The notes below the pieces were generated by a model, which searched no databases, was not told where the DNA came from, and worked only from the letters and a program-made list of their open reading frames with translations. A program made the position numbers and the translations under genes. Source: Ranitomeya imitator (lineage: Eukaryota). Taken from it: a stretch of 64,000 bases of DNA. The stretch lies in contig NC_091290.1 in the NCBI RefSeq assembly GCF_032444005.1, positions 90,520,001-90,584,000 of the forward strand, in the 5' to 3' direction. Below are positions 45,943-56,409 of the stretch, in pieces (within the stretch, counting starts at the first letter, position 1; every line of letters begins with the position of its first letter).

Positions 45943-47229
45943 ATGATTCTCAATAGAGGGAAAAAAGAAGTTCTGAGACCATTTTTTTTTCTCTGCACTG
46001 TGTTTTGCCTTTTTTTTCCCCTAGACATTTGGGTGGTTTGTGATCGCTTTTCTAAGATGGTCCATTTGGTACCCTTGTCTAAATTACCTTCCTCCTCTGA
46101 TTTGGTGCCATTGTTCTTCCAGCATGTGGTTCGTTTACATGGCATTCCAGAGAATATAGTTTCTGACAGAGGTTCCCAGTTTGTTTCGAGGTTTTGGCGA
46201 GCCTTTTGTGCAAGGATGGGCATTGACTTGTCTTTTTCCTCGGCTTTCCATCCTCAGACTAATGGCCAGACCGAACGAACCAATCAGACCTTGGAAACAT
46301 ATCTGAGATGCTTTGTTTCTGCTGATCAGGATGACTGGGTGTCCTTTTTGCCTTTGGCTGAGTTCGCCCTTAATAATCGGGCCAGCTCGGCTACCTTGGT
46401 TTCGCCGTTTTTCTGCAACTCTGGGTTCCATCCTCGTTTCTCTTCAGGGCAGGTTGAGTCTTCGGACTGTCCTGGTGTGGATACTGTGGTGGACAGGTTG
46501 CAGCAGATTTGGACTCATGTAGTGGACAATTTGACCTTGTCCCAGGAGAAGGCTCAACGTTTTGCTAATCGCAGACGCTGTGTGGGTCCCCGACTTCATG
46601 TTGGGGATTTGGTTTGGTTGTCTTCTCGTCATATTCCTATGAAGGTTTCCTCTCCTAAGTTTAAACCTCGTTTCATTGGTCCATATAGGATTTCTGAGGT
46701 TCTTAATCCTGTGTCTTTTCGTTTGACCCTTCCAGATTCTTTTTCCATCCATAACGTATTCCATAGGTCATTGTTGCGGAGATACGTGGCACCTATGGTT
46801 CCATCTGTTGATCCTCCTGCCCCGGTTTTGGTGGAGGGGGAGTTGGAGTATATTGTGGAGAAGATTTTGGATTCTCGTGTTTCAAGACGGAAACTCCAGT
46901 ATCTGGTTAAGTGGAAGGGTTATGCTCAGGAAGATAATTCCTGGGTCTTTGCCTCTGATGTCCATGCTCCCGATCTTGTTCGTGCCTTTCATATGGCTCA
47001 TCCTGGTCGTCCTTGGGGCTCTGGTGAGGGTTCGGTGACCCCTCCTCAAGGGGGGGGTACTGTTGTGAATTCTGTGGCAGAGCTCCCTCCTGTGGTCACA
47101 AGTGGTACTTCGGCTGATTCTCTCTATGAGCTTCCGTTGGTGGAGGAAAGTGGTACTGTGGCTTCTGAGTTTCCTTCCTCAGGTGATGTGGTGAAGTCGT
47201 TAGGTGCTGCTCTATTTAACTCCACCTAG
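45943..47229 (+). CDS. Leader-integrase-chromodomain fusion ORF (428 aa) of the deleted element
   Basis: Open from ATG 45943. D,D35E residues in VCDRF, VSDRG and QTERTN; chromodomain LEYIVEKILD...YLVKWKGY. The last ~56 codons run into the LTR. Confidence 0.75.
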   Translation: MILNRGKKEVLRPFFFLCTVFCLFFPLDIWVVCDRFSKMVHLVPLSKLPSSSDLVPLFFQHVVRLHGIPENIVSDRGSQFVSRFWRAFCARMGIDLSFSSAFHPQTNGQTERTNQTLETYLRCFVSADQDDWVSFLPLAEFALNNRASSATLVSPFFCNSGFHPRFSSGQVESSDCPGVDTVVDRLQQIWTHVVDNLTLSQEKAQRFANRRRCVGPRLHVGDLVWLSSRHIPMKVSSPKFKPRFIGPYRISEVLNPVSFRLTLPDSFSIHNVFHRSLLRRYVAPMVPSVDPPAPVLVEGELEYIVEKILDSRVSRRKLQYLVKWKGYAQEDNSWVFASDVHAPDLVRAFHMAHPGRPWGSGEGSVTPPQGGGTVVNSVAELPPVVTSGTSADSLYELPLVEESGTVASEFPSSGDVVKSLGAALFNST

Positions 47230-48374
47230 TGCTTTGATCCTGGCCTCCAGTCAATGTTCTAGTATTGAACTTGCTTCCTCCTGGATCGTTCCTGTGGCCT
47301 GCTGCTCTGCATAGCTAAGTTGCTCTTGTGTTATTTTTGTTTGCTGTTTTTTCTGTCCAGCTTGTTTATTTGGTTTTTCTTGCTTGCTGGAAGCTCTGGG
47401 ACGCAGAGGGTGTACCTCCGTGTAGTTAGTCGGTACGGAGGGTCTTTTTGCCCCCTTTGAGTGGTTCTTTGTAGGGTTTTGTGTTGACCGCAAAGTCACC
47501 TTTCCTATCCTCGCTCTGTTCAGAAAGTCGGGTCTCACTTTGCTAAATCTATTTCATCTCTACGTTTGTCTTTTCATCTTAACTCACAGTCATTATATGT
47601 GGGGGGCTGCCTTTTCCTTTGGGGTATTTCTCTGAGGCAAGGTAGGCTTATTTTCTATCTTCAGGCTAGCTAGTTTCTCAGGCTGTGCCGAGTTGCATAG
47701 GGAGCGTTAGGCGCAATCCACGGCTGCCTCTAGTGTGGTTGGAGAGGATTAGGGATTGCGGTCAGCAGAGTTCCCACGTCTCAGAGCTCGTTCTATATTT
47801 TTGGGTTATTGTCAGGTCACTGTATGTGCTCTGACTTCTATGTCCATTGTGGTGCTGAATTGCCTGATCATAACACCCTGTAGTATAAGACAGCACCACC
47901 CCCCATAGGCAGACTCTCTAGTATAAGGCAGCACCCCTTAAAAAATAAATACTCACCTCTTCTTCCTAGTTCCTGCGCTGCTCTGAGCTCCCGCTCATCT
48001 CAGCAACGGGCAGTGACTCATCGCGCCCACTGTCAGTGTCACCGACATCAGATGCTGACAGGGGGATGATGGGGGAAGGAGGGCAGCGCTCCTTCCCTCA
48101 TCATTGCGGTCAGCTGTATCGGCTAAATGCCGGTACAGCTGACCCGGTGATGACAGGTGGGGGCCCTCTGCTGGCACTGGGCCCCCCACCTGCTCAGGGG
48201 CTTCATAGCAGCAGAGCAGGGAGTTTGAGTCTCCCTGCTCTGCCGCAGAAGGTAACTGTATTGGCACGATGCGCGTGCCGATACAGTTACAGTAGCGTAG
48301 CTCCAGGTGGGCTCCCTCTGAGCACCGGGGCCGGGGAGCCAGCACCCTCTGCCCCCCCGGTAGCTATGCTACTG

Positions 48375-48650
48375 GGCCCCTTTCGTTTCTTTATAGTGGA
48401 TGGTATCTTAATGGAAGATTCATGCATAGATAATGCTGGAGGTAGACTATTGGGGTCTCTGTCTGAGGCAGTAGCTGCTAACTGATCAGTTCCTCTGTCC
48501 CTATGGAACTTGTTTGCTTTTTTTCTTGATCAGATCCTCTTCAAACTTGCTCAGCTTATTGAAAAGTTTCTGATCAAGATCACGATGGTCAATGAAGGTG
48601 GAGTACTGTAGTAACTTCTGTTAAAGATCAATTAATTGGTATAGTGCATT
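48375..48650 (-). pseudogene. PLE-2 N-terminal region, piece 3
   Basis: Reverse strand reads KLFNKLSKFEEDLIKKKANKFHRDR, a PLE KKxxKFxRD motif. Confidence 0.7.
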
Positions 48651-49766
48651 TGTCGCGCCCACAGGGCAGTGGGATACTCGGTACCGGGTCCGGTCGCAAA
48701 GGGGGATGTCACGGTGGCTGCGACCCGGTCCGTGGCCCTGGGCATCAACGTTAAAGGGGGTTAAATGTTCAAAGTTTGTTGTGACGCCACCTGGGGAGTT
48801 TGGTCAATAGGGGGACCGACCCTGCATTAAAGGGGTCCCCTGGGGGATGTTGCGGCAGCCCAGATATTATACTTCCCACAGGTGAAGCGGTGTCCCCAGG
48901 GGTCCTATGGTGTGTGGCGTAGATGGTATAGCTGGTGAATAAATGAGAGGAGACAAGGTGTAAGTCTTTACCTGGTTTACTTGTGGGTGACAGGCCACAG
49001 TCCAGGGTACCAGGCATGGATGATGGTGGTCTGGCCGGCTCAGAGGCAAGTGAGAGTTCTCCTGTACCAGTAGAGGTCTGTGAGCCTTTCCAACTAGTGC
49101 CTTTCAAGGTGAGGTCCCTGCTGCCTGAAGCTTGCTACAGGGTCCTCTAGTTTCCTCCTGTCGTGGGACAGGTACTTGCACGACGGGCAGCTTGAGCCTT
49201 TTTACAGGGATGCTAACATGCCCCGGGCTCCTTAGGTGCTGCTGCGTCTCAGGCGTGGTGTGGGCAGGTAATGTGTAGTGTCGTGCCCTCCGGTTCTGCT
49301 CCATGTCCTAGAGTCCCACAAGAGTCTCGATCTCCCAGTTCCAGGCTATTGCGCTTCAGCTCTGAGGGTGCCCTGCCACAGTTCCCCTCTGAGCTCTGTT
49401 CCTCTCCTGTGCTCCTTCCCTTCTGGCTACTCCACATACAACCCTTCCAGGTTATCTGACCTTTCAGAGGCTGCAGCTCCCTCGAGGCTGCCAGGCCTCT
49501 GTCTGCACTCAGTTCCAGACTTCCATCTACTTCAGTGTCTCTAGTCTGAACAACTAACTATCTCCTCCTCCAGGTCAAGATTCTTAAAGCAAAGGGAAGC
49601 TCCCCTAAATCTGGGTGCTGAGCTCCCCCTCCTGGCCTGGATTCAGAATGTGTTGCATGTGCGTGCCTTACCTGGTGAAGAGAACTCCTTTGCCTCTGAG
49701 CATGACATCACCTTTCCCGAAGGAAAAGCAACATCACCGCAGCAACCGGTCACCTGGGGTGCTGCA
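48651..49766 (-). repeat. Solo LTR (1,116 bp)
   Basis: TGTCGCGCCC...GGGGTGCTGCA termini with flanks catt/tatt (imperfect 4-bp TSD). Homologous to 29246-30406 and 52397-53661. Confidence 0.8.
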
Positions 49767-50450
49767 TATTATTAGTTAGAGATTTCCTCTTGCCGATTAA
49801 TAGTTCCATTAGGGCTGAGGAGCAGTTAAAGCGGATGGTATCCCATAGTTTAGTGAACTCAGGGTCATTCTGAAAGGATGACTGCTGAGCAATCACCAAT
49901 CCTTTGGGCACTAAGGGTGTTCTGTCCATTCTAAGAAGGACAGTATGGTTCCAATTATGCATTAAAGCTCACTACTATTAGTGTTTTGGTTTTTGCTGTG
50001 TCATAGCACCAACCAGTGGTGGTTACATTTATAACCTGTGTTTTAGTAATAATTAAAGTGTTGCATTGTGGGATTGTACCAAGGTATGCTGAGAGAGAGA
50101 CTCCATTACTTTCCTGTGTACTTCCTGGGACACACGTGTTCATGTGCTGTGCTGAATTATCTCACTTGCTTGCCATCCTGGTTAAGTTTATCCGGTAAGA
50201 TTATTACCACTGTTCTTGCAATATAGTGTTCTACAGAATGTGATTCATTGTATAGCAACTAGTACTTGGGAAATCTATTAACAGTCACTTGCTGTATGTA
50301 GTTATATGTAGAAGTTTCATCATCCTGTATATTTTTCCTGCTAGTTGTAAAGTATAAGCTGTGCTGTTATTTGGCTCAATACTTATCCATATCATTTGTA
50401 TTCTTTAGTTTTACCGCATTTTCAATACCTGTTACCAATAAACAAGTTAG
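49767..50450 (-). pseudogene. PLE-2 5' region (ORF N-terminus and upstream sequence), piece 4
   Basis: ORF 49750..49962 reads LVPKGLVI...F.NDPEFTKLWDTIRFNCSSALMELLI, typical of a PLE N-terminus. The upstream boundary is approximate. Confidence 0.7.
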
Positions 50451-50545
50451 ACTACAGAGATCAGTCTGCTTATTTGGAAGACAGAAGTGGTTTATGCTGT
50501 ATGTTGGATCACACACCGTATCAACGTGTATGAAAACAGAACAAA

Positions 50546-50903
50546 GGATATGTGCATATGTATTCTTGAGGTCTGTGGATTTTTCTGCAGCGGATTTCTG
50601 AAAACCGCAGGTAAAAGGCACTGCTTTTTACCTGCGGATTTCCTGCGGAATTACTGCGGTTTTTGTGCGGATTCCACTGAGGTTTTACACCTGCAGTTTT
50701 CAATTATGGAGCAGGAGTAAAACCGCTGCGGATTCCGCGCAAAGAATTGACATACTGCGGAATGTAAACCTCTGCGCTTCCACGGGTTTTTTTCCACAGC
50801 ATGTGCACTGCGGATTGCGTTTCCCATAGGTTTACATTGTACTGTAAACGCATGGGAAACCTCTGCGGATCCGCAGCAAAATCTGCAGCGTGTGAACATA
50901 GCC
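50546..50903. mobile_element. Harbinger-type MITE (degenerate left TIR)
   Basis: ggatatgtgcatatg ... cgtgtgaacatagcc|TAA, with an interior like 37815-38158. Confidence 0.7.
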
Positions 50904-51986
50904 TAAGCCTTCCAGAATATAATGCTGGAGGATGATCTTTTTATTATCTGGACGGGCTCCGAACTAGAAGCACTCGATTCTGTTCAGTCCCTGAATATGA
51001 AATCTTGGGGACTAAAATTCACAGCCAAAATATCTAGTACGGCAATCCAATTTCTATATTTAATGGTACATGTCAACCCGTACGGTCACTTTTCAACATC
51101 CACGCATTTCAAAAAGGTAGACATAACTAGCTATTTAAGTTTTAGCAGTGGCCACCTCCCTAATTGGATTTCAAATATCCCTTATAGGCAGTACTGGAGG
51201 ATTAGAAAGAACTGCACTAAAGACAGTGATTTCTTCAAAGAAGTCTATATCCTGAAACATTGTTTTAAGAGGAGAGAGTACCCTAAAAATTGGTTTCTGA
51301 TGCATTCACGAGGGCCAGAGCCTTCACACAAAAGTAATGCATTGAGCAGATTAAAGATAACAATAATAGGTCTATTAAATCCTCTGATTTCACTAAATGG
51401 AGTTTTATAACTACCGTTAACCAATCACATGGGGTAGTACGAAACCTCTTAAAAAAATATTGGTTCATTTTGAAAGGGGATCCAGTTTTATCAGCACATA
51501 TTCCGGCGCAACCTAGAACCATCTTCAGAAAAAAACGCACCCTTTGTAACATCGTTGCTCCCAGCAACGTAACTCAAGAGTCCTCATCCACATCCACTTG
51601 CCGGACACACCATAATCCGGGCTGTTTTGCTTGCAAGGCAGCTACGATTTTACGTTGTGGTTCCATCAGAAATGGAGCGAAAAAATTTTGGTCATACACT
51701 ACAGGCACCAGTTTTAATATTGGCTGCCATCTGAATTGCCATTCTAGCTACGTAGTTTATTTGATTGAATGTGGTTGTGGGCTGCAATATGTCGGGCGGA
51801 CGAAACAAGCTATGCATGCTAGGATGAACAAACACCGTCAGAACATCCGGAATGGGTATTTAATGCATAGTTTGTCAAAACACTTTCTCATAGTGCATAA
51901 TAAGGACCTAAGTTCACTAAAGCTTACTATCATAGATCAGATACCAAATGATATGCCTGATCGTTTTACTAATTTAGTGAGAAGAG

Positions 51987-53718
51987 TGTAACGGGGTCTA
52001 CCAATCTGGGGTACCTCTTTCAGTACCACCCCTTTTTTTCGGAGGTCCACTCTGCTTTGGCTGGAGTCTGAATGAAGGACGCTGGCTGGAATTCCTTGAT
52101 TACATGGGCGCATATAAAAGATCACTGCTTCTCCACATACTTCCAGTCTGACAAAAACTTTACTCACTTAACACAGAATATATAACACAGATACAGAGGG
52201 CAGGCCAATAGAAAAGCGGCAGGCAAGACATACATTACAATAGCCGCAGGTGGCCGGAGCCTGACGATATTTACTGTGGGAATTACAAAGGTGGGGGGCA
52301 GACAAAAGGGGAATATCGTGTCCCCTCTGCCCAGGGGCGCAGTCTGTGGGATGATGCATTAGGGACATGCGTCTCACATGGAACCTATTATACATATGGA
52401 GCGCCCCCAGACGCAGGGCCGCGGGTTACTCGGTACCGGTCCTCTGCTGGCTCAGTTCTGGGGATGTCACGGTGGCTGGACCCGGTCCGTGACCCTGCTA
52501 AGGGGCGTCCAATGAAAGGTGATGAAAGTCTGTCAAGGTTGAGTGACGCCACCTGTGGTATTCGGTCAGGGTGACCGATGCTGCTTGGGGTCCACTGGGG
52601 TGATGTGATGGCAGCTAGATGGTATAACTTCCCACAGGTGAAGTATGTCCCCCAGGGCTTCCCAGTAAGGTGGATGGTGATGGTGTGAGGTGCAGGCAAT
52701 AACGAGGACACAGGGTTGCAGTCTCTTTACCTCTTTACTGAAGAAGACTTCAGGATCCTCAATCCAGAGCACAGTTAACAGGGCTGTCTGAGACCGGCCG
52801 GTCCGATGGCACATCCAGAGTTCCCTTCACAGGTGGAAATTGTTGCCTACCAATAGCGCCTGTGTGTTGTAGTGCTACCCTGCTGAGCATTCGGAATAGT
52901 CCTCACAACTTCTGTTCTCGTTCTTTCTAGTTCTTTCTAATTCGTTCCAGATTTTTCTAGTTTCTCGTCCCCCAGGTATGTTACGGCTAGGACGCACCCG
53001 TTTGACGGGAAGGCTCGGAGCTCTTCCGGGACCCTAGAGATGCCTCTCTCCACGCGTTGCCCCCTATGTCTGCGTAGGTGATGTAAGGTAGACAGCCAAC
53101 CTATAATTAACTGTCCTGCGGAGTTTGAAGTAAGGCATAAAGTCAGTTACTTCCTCGGTGTTCCGGCCACCGGCTATGCGCCTCAGTAGGATGTTGCTGT
53201 TCTCGGGGCACAACTCCTACTGGCTCTCCTTTGTGCTTGATCTCGTTTCTCACTGTTCCACAATATCCTTCGCTTCGTGTCTCTTTCTTAGGATACCGCC
53301 GCGGGGTGTGCAGGCGCAGTTCCGTAACGTTCTGTTATGTTCGCTAGGTACCTGCCAGGTTCCCACGCCTGACAGGGCCCTCCCTGAATCTTCTCCCTGC
53401 AGCACCCCCGGCTAAGGGATGCTGCCTGAATCCAACCCAGTCAGCCTCTGACTAACTTCCTATCCAACCCCTAGTTTTACCAGTGTGAGGAGTGGCCCAA
53501 TAAATAAAGCCTTTTACTCCCCCTAGTGGCCGGAGTGTGAAGTGTAATGTGTGCTGGTGATACCTGGTCAGGAGAACTCCTTTTGTGCCATCAGACGTAC
53601 CATCACTCCCCTTAGTGGCAGAGCGACGTTACTGCAACAACCAGATCTCTGGGGCGCTGCACTCTCATATAACTGCACAACATATTCTAGGTGCTGAGTG
53701 GTTCCGTAACACGTAACA
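51987..53718. repeat. LTR-like insertion (TGTAACGG...CCGTAACA/CGTAACA) itself split by a solo LTR
   Basis: Inverted TG..CA termini. Removing it approximately rejoins the PLE GIY-YIG C-terminus. Confidence 0.6.
52397..53661 (-). repeat. Solo LTR (1,265 bp), same superfamily as 48651
   Basis: TGGAGCGCCCC...GGGGCGCTGCA termini. No clean TSD seen. Confidence 0.75.
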
Positions 53719-54036
53719 AGAAAGTTATTGGATTTTTAAACTTGGCACACTGGCATCTGAGGGGTTAAGTCTCATGATTGAAAAAGTTACATAACAGCTG
53801 CATTTTTGCCCCATTTTTATGCATTTTATTGTTTTTATTCTATTTAATATAATTATTTTGCTATATTCTGTCTTTTTTACCTTTTTTGTTATATATGTTT
53901 TTAAACTTCGTTTGCGACTTGTATCCTAACTAATGATGTGATCCCATCTAATCATGTGTTCCGAATAATTGCTCCTTAAATCTCATTGGTTGGTGTTCCT
54001 TTATATACTTACTCCGGCCCACTCTCTGTATACTGG

Positions 54037-54077
54037 CACCTGATGAAGACGGAGCTGTTCCGTCAAAACGCATTGTG
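54037..54077 (+). ncRNA. Decayed minimal hammerhead motif in the PLE-2 pLTR
   Basis: cac-CTGATGA-A-gacgga/gctgt/tccgtc-AAAAC-GCAT-T-gtg. Perfect 6-bp stem II. GAAA reads AAAA and the ACGCGT palindrome reads ACGCAT. Confidence 0.6.
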
Positions 54078-55724
54078 GATTTCAATAAACAAAGAAATGT
54101 TTAACCCTTTCATCTGTGTCCTGTGCACTCCCATGTGACCTTAGTATCTTGCAACTCACTGTTTATTCCTCTCTTGAGGAACCCGGAAGGAGCTGCATAG
54201 GACATTTCTCCATCAACATCCCCCCTGACCGCCAGCTTGGCGCTCCGTTAGCCTTTCTTCTCTGTATCTATATGTACTATTTCCCTCTTCTGAGGGTGAT
54301 GGCTGGAGCTGTATTGGAGCGGTTTCCCTTCACTCCCTACAGGACCTTTGCATCAAATGATCCGCAGGACTGGTGGTCACATGACAACCGACGTGCTCTG
54401 GAAAGGGGCCTGGTCTCTGTACACGCAAGCTGGCATTCATCGCAGTTACCAGTTTCCCCTTCGCCTGGACGCTTATCTGCTGCCCTTGGACTGCACTCTC
54501 AAGATAATATTCGCTTCTGGGTGGTCATCACTTCTCTGCACACACTCTCACTGGTGTTATGCCTGCTGCATAACCCTTAAAGGTTGGTCTGCAATCTGTC
54601 TTGAATATGTAGAAGGTATCGATTTGGGGATTGTCTGGTATTAGTTCCAGCAGTGAGGATGAAGTGGAATCAAATCCATTAATGATTTGTGTTAGTTCCT
54701 CTGTGTATTTTTTGGTCGGATCTCCCTGAAGTCGAGTGTAGTATTTTATATCCAAGAGTTGTCTGTTTGCTTCCTGGATATAATCTGTCATGTTCATTAT
54801 GACTACAGCTCTTCCTTTGTCAGCTGGTTTGATTATGATATTGTTATTGTCTTTTAAGGATTGTATGGCTTTTCTTTCCTCCACAGTGATATTTTGTGGC
54901 ACTTTATGGTGTCTGTCCAAAATATCAGATGTAACTTTTTTACGGAAACAGTCAATGTAGTGATCCAGCTTTCGGTTGTGTCCAGGTTGGGGGGTCCAGT
55001 TTGTCCTCTTTTTCTTTTTTGCTGTGTCGGTTACACGGTTACAGTGTCTTGTGATGTGATATCTGCATGGTTATGAAAGAATTCTTTGAGTCGCAATCTG
55101 CGGAAGAATTCCTCGAAATCACTACAAAACTGAGCCCTGTCAAGCTGTTTTGTAGGACAGAATGTTAGTCCCTTTGAAAGAACATGCATTTCTCCTGTGC
55201 TTGGCTCATATTATGAGAGGTTTACAACAGAGGACGATGTATTAAAATGATTCTGTTAATTGGGCTTACCTTCAGCTACATTGAGACCTGCTTTCTTCCT
55301 GAGTCTGTCCAGTTTCTTTTTCTTATTGATAATGAGGTGATGTTGTAAACTGTTGTAGAAATCCTGCAATGTCTCTTCGAATAGACAAGAACCCGATCCT
55401 TGTAGTCGGTCCTGTAGGTAATTTATCTCTTTATGGATGGTCCTCTTCTTGTGGTAGAAAAATCAAATTAAATGATTCTGCAGTCTCTCGGATGATCTGT
55501 AGCAAAGTTTCTGTGAAAAATGGGTATTGTAGGTATACTTTGTTGGATTCCTTATCATGAGGCCTATAGGGTTTTCCTTCTTGCATCTGGATAGAAAAAA
55601 AATGTTGCTGTTCATTTGTGCCAGTTTCTTCAGGAGGTTTTTCAAATCCATCTGTGATCGGTACATTGGGGTATCTTCCATTATCATGATGTACAATTAC
55701 AAATTGTATTGTGGTACCGTGTTA

Positions 55725-56134
55725 GGCTACTTTCACACTAGCGTCGGAATCGGCCCGTCGCATTGCGTCAGGCCGAGATTCCGACGCTAGCGTTTGATGC
55801 ACCGCACAACGGGGGCAGCGGATGCTTTTCTCCGGTGCATCCGCTGCCCCATTGTGAGGTGCGGAGAGGTGGGGGCAGAGTTCCGGACGCGCATTCGCGG
55901 TCGGAAAAAGCGGTCCGTCGGCTGCAAAAAACGTTACATTTAACGTTTTTTGCTCCCGGCGGTTCGCCACAACGCGGCGCAACCGTCACACGACGGTTGC
56001 GACGTGTGGCAATGCGTCGGCAATGTTAATCTATGGGGCAAAAACGCATCCTGCAAACAACTTTGCAGGATGCGTTTTTTGCCCTAAGCGACGCATTGCA
56101 ACGTATTGCAAACGACGCTAGTGTGAAAGTAGCC
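55725..56134. mobile_element. Harbinger-type MITE (410 bp)
   Basis: TTA|ggctactttcacactagcgtcg ... cgacgctagtgtgaaagtagcc|TTA. Confidence 0.92.
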
Positions 56135-56230
56135 TTAGCCAGAAAAATCGATGTGAATACTTTACTGCCCAATGATGACAGAACTATTCTAGGAGTGATA
56201 CCTTTATTGGCTAACCAGAAAATAATAAGT

Positions 56231-56270
56231 TTGCAAGCTTTCAGAGCACAGTGACTCCTTCTTCAGGCAA
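56231..56270 (-). ncRNA. Minimal (dimer-type) hammerhead-ribozyme motif in the PLE-3 pLTR, canonical core
   Basis: ttgc-CUGAAGA-A-ggag(tcactgtg)ctct-GAAAGCUU-gcaa: stem I ttgc/gcaa, 4-bp stem II and an AGCU palindrome. Confidence 0.7.
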
Positions 56271-56409
56271 GATTACAAATAGATTAATAAGAAACAAGCA
56301 CAACATTTAAAGAATACTACAGTAGGACATTTGTTAGGGGGTGGGAAGTGTGATGAGTCCACAGATAAGCCAAGGTAATCAAATTAGGCATTTTCTTACA
56401 AATGGAGAG

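Larger units (their letters stand above)
45106..47875 (+). mobile_element. Internally deleted chromovirus: LTR-PBS-leader-integrase core-chromodomain-PPT-LTR
   Basis: LTRs at 45106-45920 and 47061-47875 (815 bp each, roughly a dozen substitutions by eye). ccctgt duplicated on both sides. gag, PR, RT and RH absent. Confidence 0.95.
42829..48374. mobile_element. hAT-like non-autonomous element containing minisatellites, a PLE pLTR insertion and a chromovirus
   Basis: Imperfect TIRs cagaggtgtagctag / gtagctatgctactg, with PLE-2 sequence on both sides. No clear 8-bp TSD. Confidence 0.55.
50915..54250 (+). mobile_element. PLE-2 plus-strand segment: RT C-terminus, GIY-YIG, AT-rich tail and pLTR; interrupted at 51987-53718
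   Basis: DDLFIIWTG, NIPYRQYWRIRKNC, CFACKA, VVYLIECGCGLQYVGRT...RMNKH. After the LTR the frame resumes as (RE)SYWIFKLGTLASEGL. Confidence 0.88.
54600..56405 (-). mobile_element. PLE-3 inverted 5' half (pLTR + N-terminus to just before the RT core)
   Basis: ttagccaataaaggtatca pLTR signature. IFFLSRCKKE..P.GL.I, NLS, and NITVEERKAIQSLKDNNNIIIKPADKGRAVVIMN...PQIDTFY. Confidence 0.85.

Noticed and set aside
42821-48382. 8-bp TSD for the hAT-like element
   Set aside because: The flanks ggtggagt and ggcccctt do not match, so the hAT call rests on TIR resemblance only.
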